Shown here piece after piece: positions 10,395 to 20,483 of a DNA stretch of 64,000 bases (its first letter is position 1; every line of letters begins with the position of its first letter). The position numbers and the translations under genes were made by a program. The DNA comes from an uncultured Trueperaceae bacterium (GTDB lineage: Bacteria > Deinococcota > Deinococci > Deinococcales > Trueperaceae): the NCBI GenBank assembly GCA_963799485.1, contig CAWCXJ010000006.1, positions 64,001 through 128,000 on the forward strand, given 5' to 3'. The notes beneath the pieces were generated by a model. The model was not told the DNA's origin and did no database searches. It saw nothing but the letters and a program-made list of their open reading frames with translations.

Positions 10395-11411
10395 ATGGCA
10401 AGTGCAAGGAGGCTCGGCTCGAGCCCTGAACCTGCGATGAGCAGATCGTCGCGCTTTTTTAAGTGGCAACGCACGTACGCGCCGTATATCTTTATCAGCC
10501 CGTTTTTTATTCTCTTCGCCGTCTTTGGGCTCTTCCCGCTCGCTTTTTCTGCGTACCTGTCGTTTCAAGAGTGGAACCCGGTGCAGGGGCTCGGCGCGAT
10601 GAAGTTCGTCGGCTTGGAGAACTACAAGTTTATTTTAGAGTTTTCTAAATACAACGACTTCTGGCCCACGGTCTACAACACCTTTTGGATCGGCATCGTT
10701 TCAGGTTTGGCCCAACACCTCGTTGCGATTCCGCTGGCGTTTATCTTGATCATGGTCTTAAAGCGCTGGCGGCACGCCTTTACCGTCGCCTACTTTTTGC
10801 CGTTTGTGACCTCGATTGTGGCGATTGCGCTGGTGTTCAGTACGATTTTCGGCAATCAGTTCGGCCTGATCAACCAGGCTTTGATTGCGCTGGCCAACGG
10901 ACAATATACTTCGTGGCTCTTCGGGGGGCTACTCGAGAACGGCACCCTGCCGATCAACTGGTTGGGCATCAAAGAGAACATCAAACCGGTGATCGCCATC
11001 TTGGTGTTTTGGCGGTATTTCGGCTGGAATATGGTGCTCTACAGTGCGGGTCTGGCAACCATTCCCGGCGAATACTACGAAGCGGCCAAGGTTGACGGCG
11101 CGAATATTTTCCAGCAGTTCTGGCATATCAGCCTGCCGCTGGTTCGTCCGATCATGTTTTTTGCGGTCAGCTTGACCATTATCGGGGGGATGCAGCTTTT
11201 TGAAGAGCCGCTTATTCTTACCGGTAATATCAACGGCGGCACCGACAACGCTGGACTAACCATGGCGATGTATCTGTACCGCGAGGGCTTTTCTTATAAC
11301 TCGATGGGTACGGGCGCTGCCGTGTCGTTTATCCTCTTCGCCATTATCGGCGTCTTGACGGCGATTCAGTTTATCCTTACGGGCCGTGGTGGTCTGGAGA
11401 CCCGCGAATGA
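10395..11411 (+). CDS. Carbohydrate ABC permease (MalF-like)
   Basis: FVGLENY, YEAAKVDGA EAA loop, TM helices. Confidence 0.92.
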   Translation: MASARRLGSSPEPAMSRSSRFFKWQRTYAPYIFISPFFILFAVFGLFPLAFSAYLSFQEWNPVQGLGAMKFVGLENYKFILEFSKYNDFWPTVYNTFWIGIVSGLAQHLVAIPLAFILIMVLKRWRHAFTVAYFLPFVTSIVAIALVFSTIFGNQFGLINQALIALANGQYTSWLFGGLLENGTLPINWLGIKENIKPVIAILVFWRYFGWNMVLYSAGLATIPGEYYEAAKVDGANIFQQFWHISLPLVRPIMFFAVSLTIIGGMQLFEEPLILTGNINGGTDNAGLTMAMYLYREGFSYNSMGTGAAVSFILFAIIGVLTAIQFILTGRGGLETRE

Positions 11412-12352
11412 CGCAGGAGAGTGCAACACAGCGGAACGTAGCACAGCGGCCCGGGATGCAAAAACCTGGGATGCAAAAGCCTGGGATGCAAAAGCCTGGG
11501 ATGCAAAAGCCTGGGATGCAAAAGCCTAAGGTGCGCGTCTCGAGGATCATCTTAATCATCGTAATGATCTTGCTGGCACTAGCGACGGTGTTTCCGTTTT
11601 ACTGGATGTACATCCTGATGACGCATAGCCGCGACACCATCTTTGCTGCGCCGCCGCCCCTTACTTTCGGTGATGATCTCCGGCGCAACTACGACGCGCT
11701 CTTAGCCGCCGTCCCGTTTTGGAAAAGTATGTGGAACAGTCTCTACCTCGGGGTGATGACGACCGTTACCACGCTGTTTTTTTGTAGCTTGGGCGGGTTT
11801 GCGCTCGCCATGTACGACTTCCGGTTCAAAAAACTGATTTTCGGCTTTATCGTAGCGACCTTTTTGATTCCCCCCATCCTCAACCTAATTCCTTTCTTTT
11901 TGATCATTCAGGCGCTCGGTTGGATTAATGAGCCCAAGTCGTTATGGGTTCCCGGTATGGCGTCGGCGTTCGGCATCTTTATGATGCGGCAGTTCTTCGC
12001 CAGCGGGATGCCCAAAGAACTCATGGACGCGGCGCGAATCGACGGGGCAGCCGAGCTGCGCATCTTTTGGAACATCGCCCTGCCGCTCGTCCAGCCAGGT
12101 TTGGCGACGCTGGGGCTCATCACCTTTATCACCTCTTGGAACGGCTTTTTGGGGCCTTTGGTGGTACTCAGGGCTAAAGAGGTGATGACCGCCCCGCTCG
12201 CGCTCCGGAGCTTGCAAGGGCTTGCCGGAACCACCGACTGGGGCGCGGTGATTTTGGGGGCCGCGCTCACCGTAACGCCGCTCGTTTTAATCTTTTTTAT
12301 TGCCTCGAGACAGATTGTCGAGGGTTTGACACAGGGTGCCATCAAAGGCTAG
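11408..12352 (+). CDS. Carbohydrate ABC permease (MalG-like) with N-terminal (PGMQK)5
   Basis: PKELMDAARIDGA EAA loop; ATGA overlap with the upstream gene. Confidence 0.92.
   Translation: MTQESATQRNVAQRPGMQKPGMQKPGMQKPGMQKPGMQKPKVRVSRIILIIVMILLALATVFPFYWMYILMTHSRDTIFAAPPPLTFGDDLRRNYDALLAAVPFWKSMWNSLYLGVMTTVTTLFFCSLGGFALAMYDFRFKKLIFGFIVATFLIPPILNLIPFFLIIQALGWINEPKSLWVPGMASAFGIFMMRQFFASGMPKELMDAARIDGAAELRIFWNIALPLVQPGLATLGLITFITSWNGFLGPLVVLRAKEVMTAPLALRSLQGLAGTTDWGAVILGAALTVTPLVLIFFIASRQIVEGLTQGAIKG
11450..11527 (+). repeat. 15-bp tandem repeat x5, CC(C/T)GGGATGCAAAA(A/G), encoding PGMQK
   Basis: Directly visible. Confidence 0.95.
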
Positions 12353-12444
12353 GTTCTGCTGAAGTTGTAGTTGAACGTAGCAGTCAAAGACAGTGAGGCG
12401 GTGCTGCTGTCCGCCGCCTTGCTCATTAAACAAGGAGTTTTACG

Positions 12445-13797
12445 ATGTCTAAACCTGCTTTCCCCGCCGATTTCGTGTGGGGCGTAGCGACCTCTGCGTT
12501 TCAGATCGAGGGCGCGGTCAACGAAGACGGGCGCAGTGCTTCGATTTGGGATACTTTCTGCCGTACTCCCGGGAAAGTTCATAAAGGTGATACCGGCGAC
12601 GTCGCCTGCGACCACTATCATTTGTGGGAGCGTGACTTGGGGCTGGTCAAAGACCTCGGGGTAGACGCGTACCGCTTTAGTGTCGCGTGGCCCCGGATTG
12701 TTCCCGGCGGCGTCGGCGCGGTCAACGAAAAAGGTCTGGACTTTTACGACCGCCTGGTTGACGGGTTGCTGACGCACGGACTCAAACCCTACTGCACGCT
12801 CTACCACTGGGACTTACCGCAAGTTTTAGAAGACAAGGGCGGCTGGGTCGTCCGCGACACCGCTTACGCCTTTGCCGACTACGCCGAAGTGGTCACGAAA
12901 CGCCTGGGCGACCGCGTAGCGTCTTACGCGACGTTAAACGAGCCGTGGTGCAGCGCCTATTTGGGTTACGGCAACGGACACCACGCACCCGGCTACAGCG
13001 ACCAAAAGATGTCACTAGCCGCGACGCATCACCTGCTACTGGCGCACGGGTTGGCGCTGCCCCGGATGCGACAACACGCGCCGAGCGCCGAACACGGCAT
13101 TGTCTTGAACTTAGCGCAAAGCTATCCAGAGACGGATAGCACCGAAGACCGGGCGGCGGCTGCACGTTTCGACACGCTGAACAACCTGCTCTACCTGGAC
13201 CCGCTGTTTAGGGCAAAATACCCCCAAGCCGTGATAGACAATCTGGGCGCGCTGATGCCGGAGATTCATGAAGGCGACCTCCAAACTATCACCGCCCCGC
13301 TCGACTTTCTCGGTGAAAACTACTACACCCCGTCTTTTGTCGCAGACGACCCCGAAGGCGAGTGGCCCCACATTCGCTGGGTAGATCATCCCGACGCTGA
13401 AAAAACCGCGATGGGCTGGGAGGTTCTTCCCCAAGGACTGAGCGACATGCTTACGCGGCTTTACGACGACTACAAGCTGCCCTTGTACGTGACTGAAAAC
13501 GGTGCGGCCTACGACGACCCCGACCACCTGAGCGGCAATGAGGTACAAGACAGTGAGCGCACTGCCTACTATCAAGGTCATCTAGACGCCGTTCAAACTG
13601 CGCTCGCCCGGGGCGCAGATGTACGCGGCTACTTTGCCTGGAGCCTGCTGGACAATTTCGAGTGGGCGTTTGGTTACGACAAACGCTTCGGCATCGTTCA
13701 CGTGGATTTCAAGACGCAGACGCGCACCTTAAAAGACAGCGCCAAGTGGTACCGAAGTTTTGTCGAGCAGCAACGTAAAGAACAGGTGATGACATGA
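12445..13797 (+). CDS. GH1 beta-glucosidase
   Basis: WGVATSAFQIEG, TLYHWDLP, TLNEP (acid/base), VTENG (nucleophile), WSLLDNFEW. Confidence 0.95.
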   Translation: MSKPAFPADFVWGVATSAFQIEGAVNEDGRSASIWDTFCRTPGKVHKGDTGDVACDHYHLWERDLGLVKDLGVDAYRFSVAWPRIVPGGVGAVNEKGLDFYDRLVDGLLTHGLKPYCTLYHWDLPQVLEDKGGWVVRDTAYAFADYAEVVTKRLGDRVASYATLNEPWCSAYLGYGNGHHAPGYSDQKMSLAATHHLLLAHGLALPRMRQHAPSAEHGIVLNLAQSYPETDSTEDRAAAARFDTLNNLLYLDPLFRAKYPQAVIDNLGALMPEIHEGDLQTITAPLDFLGENYYTPSFVADDPEGEWPHIRWVDHPDAEKTAMGWEVLPQGLSDMLTRLYDDYKLPLYVTENGAAYDDPDHLSGNEVQDSERTAYYQGHLDAVQTALARGADVRGYFAWSLLDNFEWAFGYDKRFGIVHVDFKTQTRTLKDSAKWYRSFVEQQRKEQVMT

Positions 13798-13822
13798 AAC
13801 ATTAGAGAAAGAGACCGAAACG

Positions 13823-14785
13823 GTGTACCCGCTAAGCATCCTTCGAAAAAGAGTAACTTTAGCCTGGTTTGTGGCTCTGCTGCTCGGCTTGACCTCCGCC
13901 TTGGCTCAAACCAACGAGAAGTTTCTAGGCAACATCTATACGGGTCAGCCCGACCCGCTCTTCTCAAAATACTGGAATCAGGTTACGCCCGAAAACGTAG
14001 GCAAGTGGGGGTCAGTAGAGTTTACCCGCGACAAGATGATCTGGAGTGGTTTAGACCAGCTGATGGCGGCGGCGAAAGAGGGCGGCTACCCGGTCAAGCA
14101 GCATACCTTCATCTGGGGGCAGCAAGAACCCCGTTGGGTCGCCGATTTGCCGCCCGAAGAGCAGCGGGCTGAAGTCAGGGAGTGGATGAGGCTTTTTGCC
14201 GAACGCTACCCCGACGTTGAGTTTATCGATGTGGTCAACGAGGCGCAGCACTTTCCGCCGAGCTACAAGGGCGCGCTCGGCGGCGACGGTGAGACGGGCT
14301 GGGACTGGCTTATCTGGTCGTTCGAGCAGGCCAGGGAGTTTTTTCCCAACAGCAAACTGCTGATCAACGACTACAATATCCTCTGCTGTTCGGGTGAGTT
14401 AGAAGTCTACAAAACGCAGATTCAGCTCCTCAAAGAGCGCGGCCTCGTAGACGGGATTGGGGTGCAGGCGCACGGCCTCGAGACCGTCCTCCCTTCGACC
14501 GTAAAACGCAGTCTGGACAGCTTAGCGGAACTCGAGCTACCTATCTACGTCTCTGAGCTTGATCTGCGCGAGTCGGACGACCAGGCGCAGCTGCAAATCT
14601 ATCAGGACATCTTTCCGGTGTTGTGGGATCATCCGGCGGTTGCGGGCGTGACGTTATGGGGCTATAAAGCCGGTGAAATGTGGCGCGACAACGCCGAACT
14701 CATCGACTGGTTCGACGAAGAGAGACCCGCGCTCACCTGGCTGATGAAGTACACCAAGCAGTCCCGGGCCACCACAAAAAAGTAA
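13823..14785 (+). CDS. Secreted GH10 endo-1,4-beta-xylanase
   Basis: Signal peptide; QVTPENVGKW, HTFIW, DVVNEA, INDYN, GVQAH, IYVSELD. Confidence 0.9.
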   Translation: MYPLSILRKRVTLAWFVALLLGLTSALAQTNEKFLGNIYTGQPDPLFSKYWNQVTPENVGKWGSVEFTRDKMIWSGLDQLMAAAKEGGYPVKQHTFIWGQQEPRWVADLPPEEQRAEVREWMRLFAERYPDVEFIDVVNEAQHFPPSYKGALGGDGETGWDWLIWSFEQAREFFPNSKLLINDYNILCCSGELEVYKTQIQLLKERGLVDGIGVQAHGLETVLPSTVKRSLDSLAELELPIYVSELDLRESDDQAQLQIYQDIFPVLWDHPAVAGVTLWGYKAGEMWRDNAELIDWFDEERPALTWLMKYTKQSRATTKK

Positions 14786-14840
14786 ACCTCGCTGCTTTTA
14801 TGCTCAAACTCCGTTCCATTTCTGCCCGACTGAGGTAATT

Positions 14841-16436
14841 TTGAAAAACACCATTCAGAACCCCGTTTTACGGGGCTTTAACCCTGACCCCGCCATCACC
14901 CGCGCCGGTGACGACTACTTTATTGCCACGTCCACCTTCGAGTGGTTTCCCGGGGTGCAGATACACCACTCCAAAGACCTCATCAACTGGCGTTTGGCGG
15001 CGCGTCCGCTCACCCGCCAAAGCCAGCTCGACATGCGCGGCAATCCCGATTCGGGCGGCGTCTGGGCACCCGACCTCAGCTACTCGGAAGGGCTGTTTTA
15101 TCTTATCTACACCGACGTAAAAACCTGGGCGACCGGACACCGTTTCAAGGATACGCACAACTATCTGGTGACGGCTCCGGATATTACGGGGCCGTGGTCG
15201 GAGCCGGTTTACCTGAACAGCAGCGGCTTCGACCCCGGTTTGTTTCACGACGACGGGCGCAAATGGCTGGTCAACATGCTTCACGAGCACCGTAAAGGAC
15301 GCAATCAGTTTGCCGGAATCGTCTTGCAAGAGTACTCACCGGATGAACAAAAGCTGGTCGGGCCCGTAAAAAACATCTTTGGGGGCACCGACGTCGGGCT
15401 GGTCGAAGGGCCGCACCTCTACAAGAAGGGCGGCTGGTACTATCTGCTTACCGCTGAGGGCGGCACGGTATTTGAGCACGCGAGTACGGTGGCGCGTTCA
15501 CGAACGCTCGAGGGCCCCTATGAGGTTCATCCGCACAATCCGCTCTTGACCTCACACGGCAACCCCGAGCTTTACTTGCAAAAAGCCGGACACGCCAGCT
15601 GGGTGGAAACGCAAGGTGGTTGGTACATGGCGCACCTTTGCGGCAGGCCGCTTACACCCTTGGGTGCGTGTAATCTGGGTCGTGAGACCTCGTTGCAAAA
15701 GCTGACGTGGCGTGACGGCTGGCCGTGGTTGGACGGCGAAGGCGAGGGTTCAAACAACCCTAAACGTTACGTTCCCGCTCCCGACCTGCCGGAACACCGC
15801 TTCCCTGCCGAACCCGAAACCGACGACTTTGACGGCGACGCGCTCGGTATCCACTGGCAGAGCGTCCGCGTCCCGGTTGACGATTGGCTGACGCTCACCG
15901 AACGCCCCGGATTTTTGCGGCTTTACGGGCGCGAATCGCTCGCGTCTCGTTTCAGTCAGAGCTTGATCGGGCGGCGGTTGCAGGCGAAACACGCCCAGGC
16001 GGAAACGTGCGTGGAGTTTGAGCCCGAGTCGTTTCAGCAAATGGCAGGTCTGGCGGCTTTTTATCAGACCGACAACTGGGTCTACCTGCGCGTGAGCCGC
16101 GACGAAAAACTCGGCAAAACCTTGAACATCCTCACCTACGAAAACCGCGAGTACGACGAACCGCTCGCTGAAGAGGTCGCTGTCGGTGACGCTGAGCGGG
16201 TCTATTTGCGGGTGACGTTTACGGGGGAGACGTTCTATTTCGAGTACGCTTTGGAGCCCCAAGCGTGGCGGCGTATCGGCCCGGATTTTGCCTCGAGCCG
16301 CCTTGCCGACGAGACCTGTTCAGGGCTGAGCTTTACGGGGACGTTCATCGCCCTGTGCGCCCAAGACTTGAGCGGCGGGCGTAAACACGCTGATTTTGAC
16401 TTCTTTAGCTACCGTGAGCAAGACGAAGAAAACTAG
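14841..16436 (+). CDS. GH43 beta-xylosidase (XynB-like)
   Basis: GFNPDPAI, TSTFEWFPG, SGGVWAP, GFDP, EGPHLYK, C-terminal beta-sandwich. Confidence 0.92.
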   Translation: MKNTIQNPVLRGFNPDPAITRAGDDYFIATSTFEWFPGVQIHHSKDLINWRLAARPLTRQSQLDMRGNPDSGGVWAPDLSYSEGLFYLIYTDVKTWATGHRFKDTHNYLVTAPDITGPWSEPVYLNSSGFDPGLFHDDGRKWLVNMLHEHRKGRNQFAGIVLQEYSPDEQKLVGPVKNIFGGTDVGLVEGPHLYKKGGWYYLLTAEGGTVFEHASTVARSRTLEGPYEVHPHNPLLTSHGNPELYLQKAGHASWVETQGGWYMAHLCGRPLTPLGACNLGRETSLQKLTWRDGWPWLDGEGEGSNNPKRYVPAPDLPEHRFPAEPETDDFDGDALGIHWQSVRVPVDDWLTLTERPGFLRLYGRESLASRFSQSLIGRRLQAKHAQAETCVEFEPESFQQMAGLAAFYQTDNWVYLRVSRDEKLGKTLNILTYENREYDEPLAEEVAVGDAERVYLRVTFTGETFYFEYALEPQAWRRIGPDFASSRLADETCSGLSFTGTFIALCAQDLSGGRKHADFDFFSYREQDEEN

Positions 16437-16473
16437 GCGCAAAAAACCGACTTGACAACTCTGATACGTTTGG

Positions 16474-16499
16474 CAGGCACACTTTTTACGGTGTGCCTG
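16474..16499. terminator. Stem-loop between convergent genes
   Basis: CAGGCACAC-N8-GTGTGCCTG, with an outer AAACCGA/TCGGTTT pair. Confidence 0.55.
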
Positions 16500-16532
16500 T
16501 TCGGTTTGCGCAGGTGCGGGAGCTTTACGGCG

Positions 16533-17918
16533 TTATTTGCTCAGCTCGCGTGCGCGGCTGAGCATCTCTTCGATGCGGGTCAGCTTGACGCGCGGACGGC
16601 CCTGCGCTTGACCGGCCTCGAGTTCTAGAGCGTCTAACTCGCGCCAGTAGTCAAACGGGAAAAAGTTGACACCTTTCTCGGTTAGATACTGTTCGATTTG
16701 CGCCGGATTACGGTCGGCGTCGGCGACGCGCGCGATATTTGGGGCATCTTCTAAAAGTGACCGTACCGACTCGGCGGCGTCGGCCTTGTTGGTGCCGATC
16801 ACGCCCGTCGGCCCGCGTTTAATCCAGCCGGCAACGTATTCGCCGGGAACGACCGGCCCGCCGACCGACGCAGTGACGCGGCCCTCTGCGTTGGGAATCA
16901 CGCCGCGTTTGGGGTCGAACGGGACTTCGGGGAGCGCAACGCCCTTGTACCCGACCGACCGTAACACCAGACCGACCGGTAGCACCTCGGTTTCGCCTGT
17001 AGGGGCGGCCTCGAGCCACCCGTCACGCTCACGCAGTTCGTTTTTCTGAACGCGGAGCCCCTCGACCTTACTTTCGCCCAAGACCTCAACCGGCGAACTG
17101 AGAAACTTGATATGCACCCGGCGCGGTTTGCCGGTCAGCGCCCGTCCGGAAAAATCCCGCAACACCTCGACGTTTTTGGCGACCATCTTGTCGTCTGCCA
17201 AAGACGCCTCGCTCAGCGCGTCGAGTTCCATGTCTGCAGGGTCTACCACAATGTCGGCGTTCGCCAGCTCACCGAGTTCGCGGAGTTCCTTGGTCGTAAA
17301 CTTGCCCTGCGCGGGACCGCGCCGCCCGAGCATGTAGATATCCGTGACCTGACTCGCTTGCAGCGCAGTGACGGCGTGGTCGGCGATATCGGTAGTGCGG
17401 AGTTCGTCGGCGGTTTTCGCCAAAATCCGCGTGACGTCAACCGCGACGTTGCCCATCCCGATGACCGCGACACTTTTTACGGCGAGGTCGGGCTCGAGGT
17501 CGGCAAAATCCGGGTGTCCGTTGTACCAGGCGACGAACTCGGTTGCCGACAGACTACCGGGCAGGCTTTCACCGGGGATGCCTAAGGGCCGGTCGGAGGG
17601 TGCGCCGACGGTGTAAAAAATCGCGTCGTAAAAGCGCCGTAATTCGTCCAGCGTCAGGTCTTTGCCGTAAGCGACGTGTCCGAAAAAGCGCACACGCGGG
17701 TCGTCCAGCGTCTTTTGATAGAGCTTGGTGACGCTTTTGATCTTCTGGTGGTCGGGCGCGACGCCGTAACGAACCAACCCAAAGGGGGTCGGCAAGCGGT
17801 CGAAAAGGTCGACGGTGACCGGAATATCTTGTTTGATGAGCGCGTCTGCGGCGAAAAATCCGGAGGGGCCAGCGCCGACGATGCCGACGCGTAAGGGGCG
17901 TTCTGGCGAGTAGGTCAT
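16533..17918 (-). CDS. Ferredoxin--NADP+ reductase (adrenodoxin reductase/FprA-like)
   Basis: GAGPSG, PFGLVRYGVAPDH, IGMGNVAVDV, GWIKRGPTGVIGTN. Confidence 0.93.
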   Translation of the reverse strand: MTYSPERPLRVGIVGAGPSGFFAADALIKQDIPVTVDLFDRLPTPFGLVRYGVAPDHQKIKSVTKLYQKTLDDPRVRFFGHVAYGKDLTLDELRRFYDAIFYTVGAPSDRPLGIPGESLPGSLSATEFVAWYNGHPDFADLEPDLAVKSVAVIGMGNVAVDVTRILAKTADELRTTDIADHAVTALQASQVTDIYMLGRRGPAQGKFTTKELRELGELANADIVVDPADMELDALSEASLADDKMVAKNVEVLRDFSGRALTGKPRRVHIKFLSSPVEVLGESKVEGLRVQKNELRERDGWLEAAPTGETEVLPVGLVLRSVGYKGVALPEVPFDPKRGVIPNAEGRVTASVGGPVVPGEYVAGWIKRGPTGVIGTNKADAAESVRSLLEDAPNIARVADADRNPAQIEQYLTEKGVNFFPFDYWRELDALELEAGQAQGRPRVKLTRIEEMLSRARELSK

Positions 17919-18106
17919 GGTGGGTTCCTTTAGCGTGGGTTACTGCAAGGGAGGTGGTGGCTCGAGCAGCCGGGTCTTGCGAGTGCATCTCGCAACCTTG
18001 CTGTTACCCCTACCATAACGCAGCCCGGCCCGGATGACCAGCAGCTTGTAAACGCGCCCGATATTTTTTTGGGTCAAGGTACTGAAACAGCTAAAACCTG
18101 AGACAG

Positions 18107-18604
18107 CTAAAACCTAAAGCTGACGCCGCTGCCGAAATAGACCGACACACCTGTTCCGGTGAGGCTACGACTTGCCAACCCCAAGTCGAAGTTGGCCCAG
18201 ATAGGCAGTGACGCCGCTGTCCCGAACAGCGCCGCGTAGGAAAACTCAAGGCCCACCCCGCCTCCAAAGGTAAAAACCGTAAAGGGGTCGCCGAAATAGG
18301 CGGCGTAATATACGGGGTCCGGGCCGAACAAACCCGTACCGAAGCCGTACACGCGGTAGGCAGGTTCAAAGACGAAGCTGTAGGAGGCTTTGAGGCCGTA
18401 GGCACTCAGCTCTCCCAAGGGGCTGACGATACCCTCGAGCGCCAGCGCGTCGGTCAGGTCGGCTTTGAGCGAAATGGCTAGCAGCGGACGCGGAAACGCA
18501 CTATAAAATCCGACTCCCAACCGGCCCCGCTCCTGCGCCGAACCGAACGGCAAAACCGCGAACAGTAGCGCAGCGAGAACGCAGCCGTACCGTCTTTTGA
18601 ACAT
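18107..18604 (-). CDS. Hypothetical exported protein, probable small outer-membrane beta-barrel
   Basis: Signal peptide, alternating beta-strand pattern, terminal Phe (GVSFRF). Confidence 0.65.
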   Translation of the reverse strand: MFKRRYGCVLAALLFAVLPFGSAQERGRLGVGFYSAFPRPLLAISLKADLTDALALEGIVSPLGELSAYGLKASYSFVFEPAYRVYGFGTGLFGPDPVYYAAYFGDPFTVFTFGGGVGLEFSYAALFGTAASLPIWANFDLGLASRSLTGTGVSVYFGSGVSFRF

Positions 18605-18702
18605 GGCGTTAGTTTAGCAAAGTCTTGCGCACCACAAACGTCGCCGGGTGACGTAAAACTCCGGCAACGCTCTGCGTCTTCGCTGCTACTTTGGCAAACA
18701 CG

Positions 18703-18729
18703 AAAAAACGCGCCGGTAAAGCTGGCGCG
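18703..18729 (-). terminator. Rho-independent terminator
   Basis: Minus strand CGCGCCAGC-TTT-ACCGGCGCG then TTTTTT. Confidence 0.65.
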
Positions 18730-18752
18730 GGCATAAAGGTAGCGGTAAACGG

Positions 18753-19352
18753 TTACTGCGGCTCGACGTTCAGGTACGCCCAGCTAAACGCCAGGCTGTT
18801 GTTGCCGGCGGTATCGCTAATGAACGGGCGGAAGGCGTAGGCGGTTTCCCCGGGTTGCTGAATGTTTTGCGCGTCCGGGGCGACTGTAACCGCAACCGTA
18901 CAGGTGAGTTCGGTCGGGGTTAATTCGACGGCGGTTTCACAATCGTTTGAGGCGATGGTAAAGGGGCCGGTCGGCAGCGGGCCGGCGTCCGCCGAATTAC
19001 GCAGGTAGACCTGCGCGTCACTGATGCCGTCGGGGTCGGCAAAGGTAAGCTCGAGGTAAAAGGTGCTGCCTGCCGGAACGCTCACTGCGTTAAGGGCGTC
19101 GCCGGTACTCGTGACGAAGGTTTCATTGTCGGCGCTGATGCCGATCGTGCCCTGCGGGTCGGACGTTTGCGCCGGAACGTCACCGGGAGCGGCGGGATTG
19201 GCGTCTGCCGGGTCGGCGGGAACAAGGGTCACTGCGGGCTCTTCGGGTGCAGCCACCGGGGGAACGGGCTCGAGTTCGGTCGGCTGCGTCCCCGGCGAAC
19301 AAGCAGCAAGGAGCAGGGCTAAAGCAGCGGCGTAAATGATAGAACGGTTCAT
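18753..19352 (-). CDS. Hypothetical lipoprotein (Pro-rich linker plus beta-rich domain)
   Basis: GGAGG RBS, ATG 19352, lipobox LLAAC. Confidence 0.75.
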   Translation of the reverse strand: MNRSIIYAAALALLLAACSPGTQPTELEPVPPVAAPEEPAVTLVPADPADANPAAPGDVPAQTSDPQGTIGISADNETFVTSTGDALNAVSVPAGSTFYLELTFADPDGISDAQVYLRNSADAGPLPTGPFTIASNDCETAVELTPTELTCTVAVTVAPDAQNIQQPGETAYAFRPFISDTAGNNSLAFSWAYLNVEPQ

Positions 19353-19381
19353 AAGACCTCCCTTAGTACGGCACTTTAACA

Positions 19382-20119
19382 TCACGGTTCAGGCGGGTTC
19401 TGCACATCTGAACCTTCTTGTACGGGGTGCGTCCGCTGTACCCGCGCGCGTCCGTAGTTACAGATGGCGAGCGCCGGACAACTACGGCAGCGCGGCGCGT
19501 TAAAGGTGCAGACGCGCTGCCCGTGCAACAGGAGCGCGATATGAAAGTTGTAGAGCAGATGCGGGTCGGGCGGCAAGAGTGCAAAAAGCGGCGCGTGCGC
19601 CGCCGTCGAGGTCTTCACCTTGGCGCTCAGGAGTCCGACGCGCTGCGACACCCGGTAGACGTGGGTATCGACCGGCAACACGGGTTTGGCAAAGCAGAAG
19701 AGCAGCACCAGTGAAGCCGTTTTGATGCCGACGCCCGGCAGCGCCGTAAGCCACGCCACGCCCTCGTCGGCGCTCAGGTCGGCTAAAAAGCTCAGATCGG
19801 TGCTGCCGCGAAGCTCGAGAATCCTCGCAATCGTCTTTTGAATCTGCGGCGCTTTGGCCGCGGCGAAGTTCGACGGTGCGATGGCGCGGGCCAGCTCCGC
19901 TGTCGGCGCGTCCTTGACGGCCTCCCATGAACCAAACTGCGCCCACATCCGGTTGTACGCGAGCTCTTCGTTTTTCCAGGTGGTGCGCTGCGACAAAATC
20001 GTCGAGATAAGTTCGTGCATCGGGTCGCGCCGGGGTTTAAGCTCGCGTTCGCCGTAGGCCCGGAGCAAGATGCGGTGCAGCTCGAGCGCTTTTTCTCTAA
20101 GCGCTGTTTGAGACTCCAT
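19382..20119 (-). CDS. nth: Endonuclease III-like HhH-GPD DNA glycosylase
   Basis: ILSQRT, LPGVGIKTA HhH, PVDTHV, C-x6-C-x2-C-x5-C Fe-S motif. Confidence 0.88.
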   Translation of the reverse strand: MESQTALREKALELHRILLRAYGERELKPRRDPMHELISTILSQRTTWKNEELAYNRMWAQFGSWEAVKDAPTAELARAIAPSNFAAAKAPQIQKTIARILELRGSTDLSFLADLSADEGVAWLTALPGVGIKTASLVLLFCFAKPVLPVDTHVYRVSQRVGLLSAKVKTSTAAHAPLFALLPPDPHLLYNFHIALLLHGQRVCTFNAPRCRSCPALAICNYGRARVQRTHPVQEGSDVQNPPEP

Positions 20120-20189
20120 AAACGCCAGTCTGCCGGTCGGTAGCCCCGCAAAACAATAAGGCAGCACGCCTTTACGTTTTCGGCTCGAG

Positions 20190-20407
20190 CTGTTTGAGGC
20201 ACATTCTTTATATGCCGTGCCTCTCAGCCATACGATTTAATCCCATCAGCAACTTTCTTAAACGTTTGGTAGCACTTGAGAAGCATAAGAAAGCGGCTGT
20301 GGTGGCGTGCACGGCTAAACTGTCGAAGCTCAGCTTTGGGGTGCTCACACACCTAAAACCATTCAAGTCTGCCCGGGTTCAAGCTTGACAAATCAACACA
20401 GCATCTC
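20190..20407 (+). mobile_element. IS110-family remnant (transposase C-terminus plus right end)
   Basis: LRHILYMPCLSAIRFNP...KKAAVVACTAKL...FGVL matches the IS110 C-terminal pattern; followed by GCTTGACAAATCAACACAGCATCT, resembling IS110 right ends. Confidence 0.75.
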
Positions 20408-20483
20408 AGGTTCTTTAGGAAGGAGAGAAAGCCACCGCTCGAGCCAAAGGGCATCGTTGTGAGTCATTGCAGGATTTGGGTTT

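Noticed and set aside
9498..10568. 356-aa minus-strand ORF
   Set aside because: Antisense shadow of the SBP gene, typical of GC-rich DNA; no motifs
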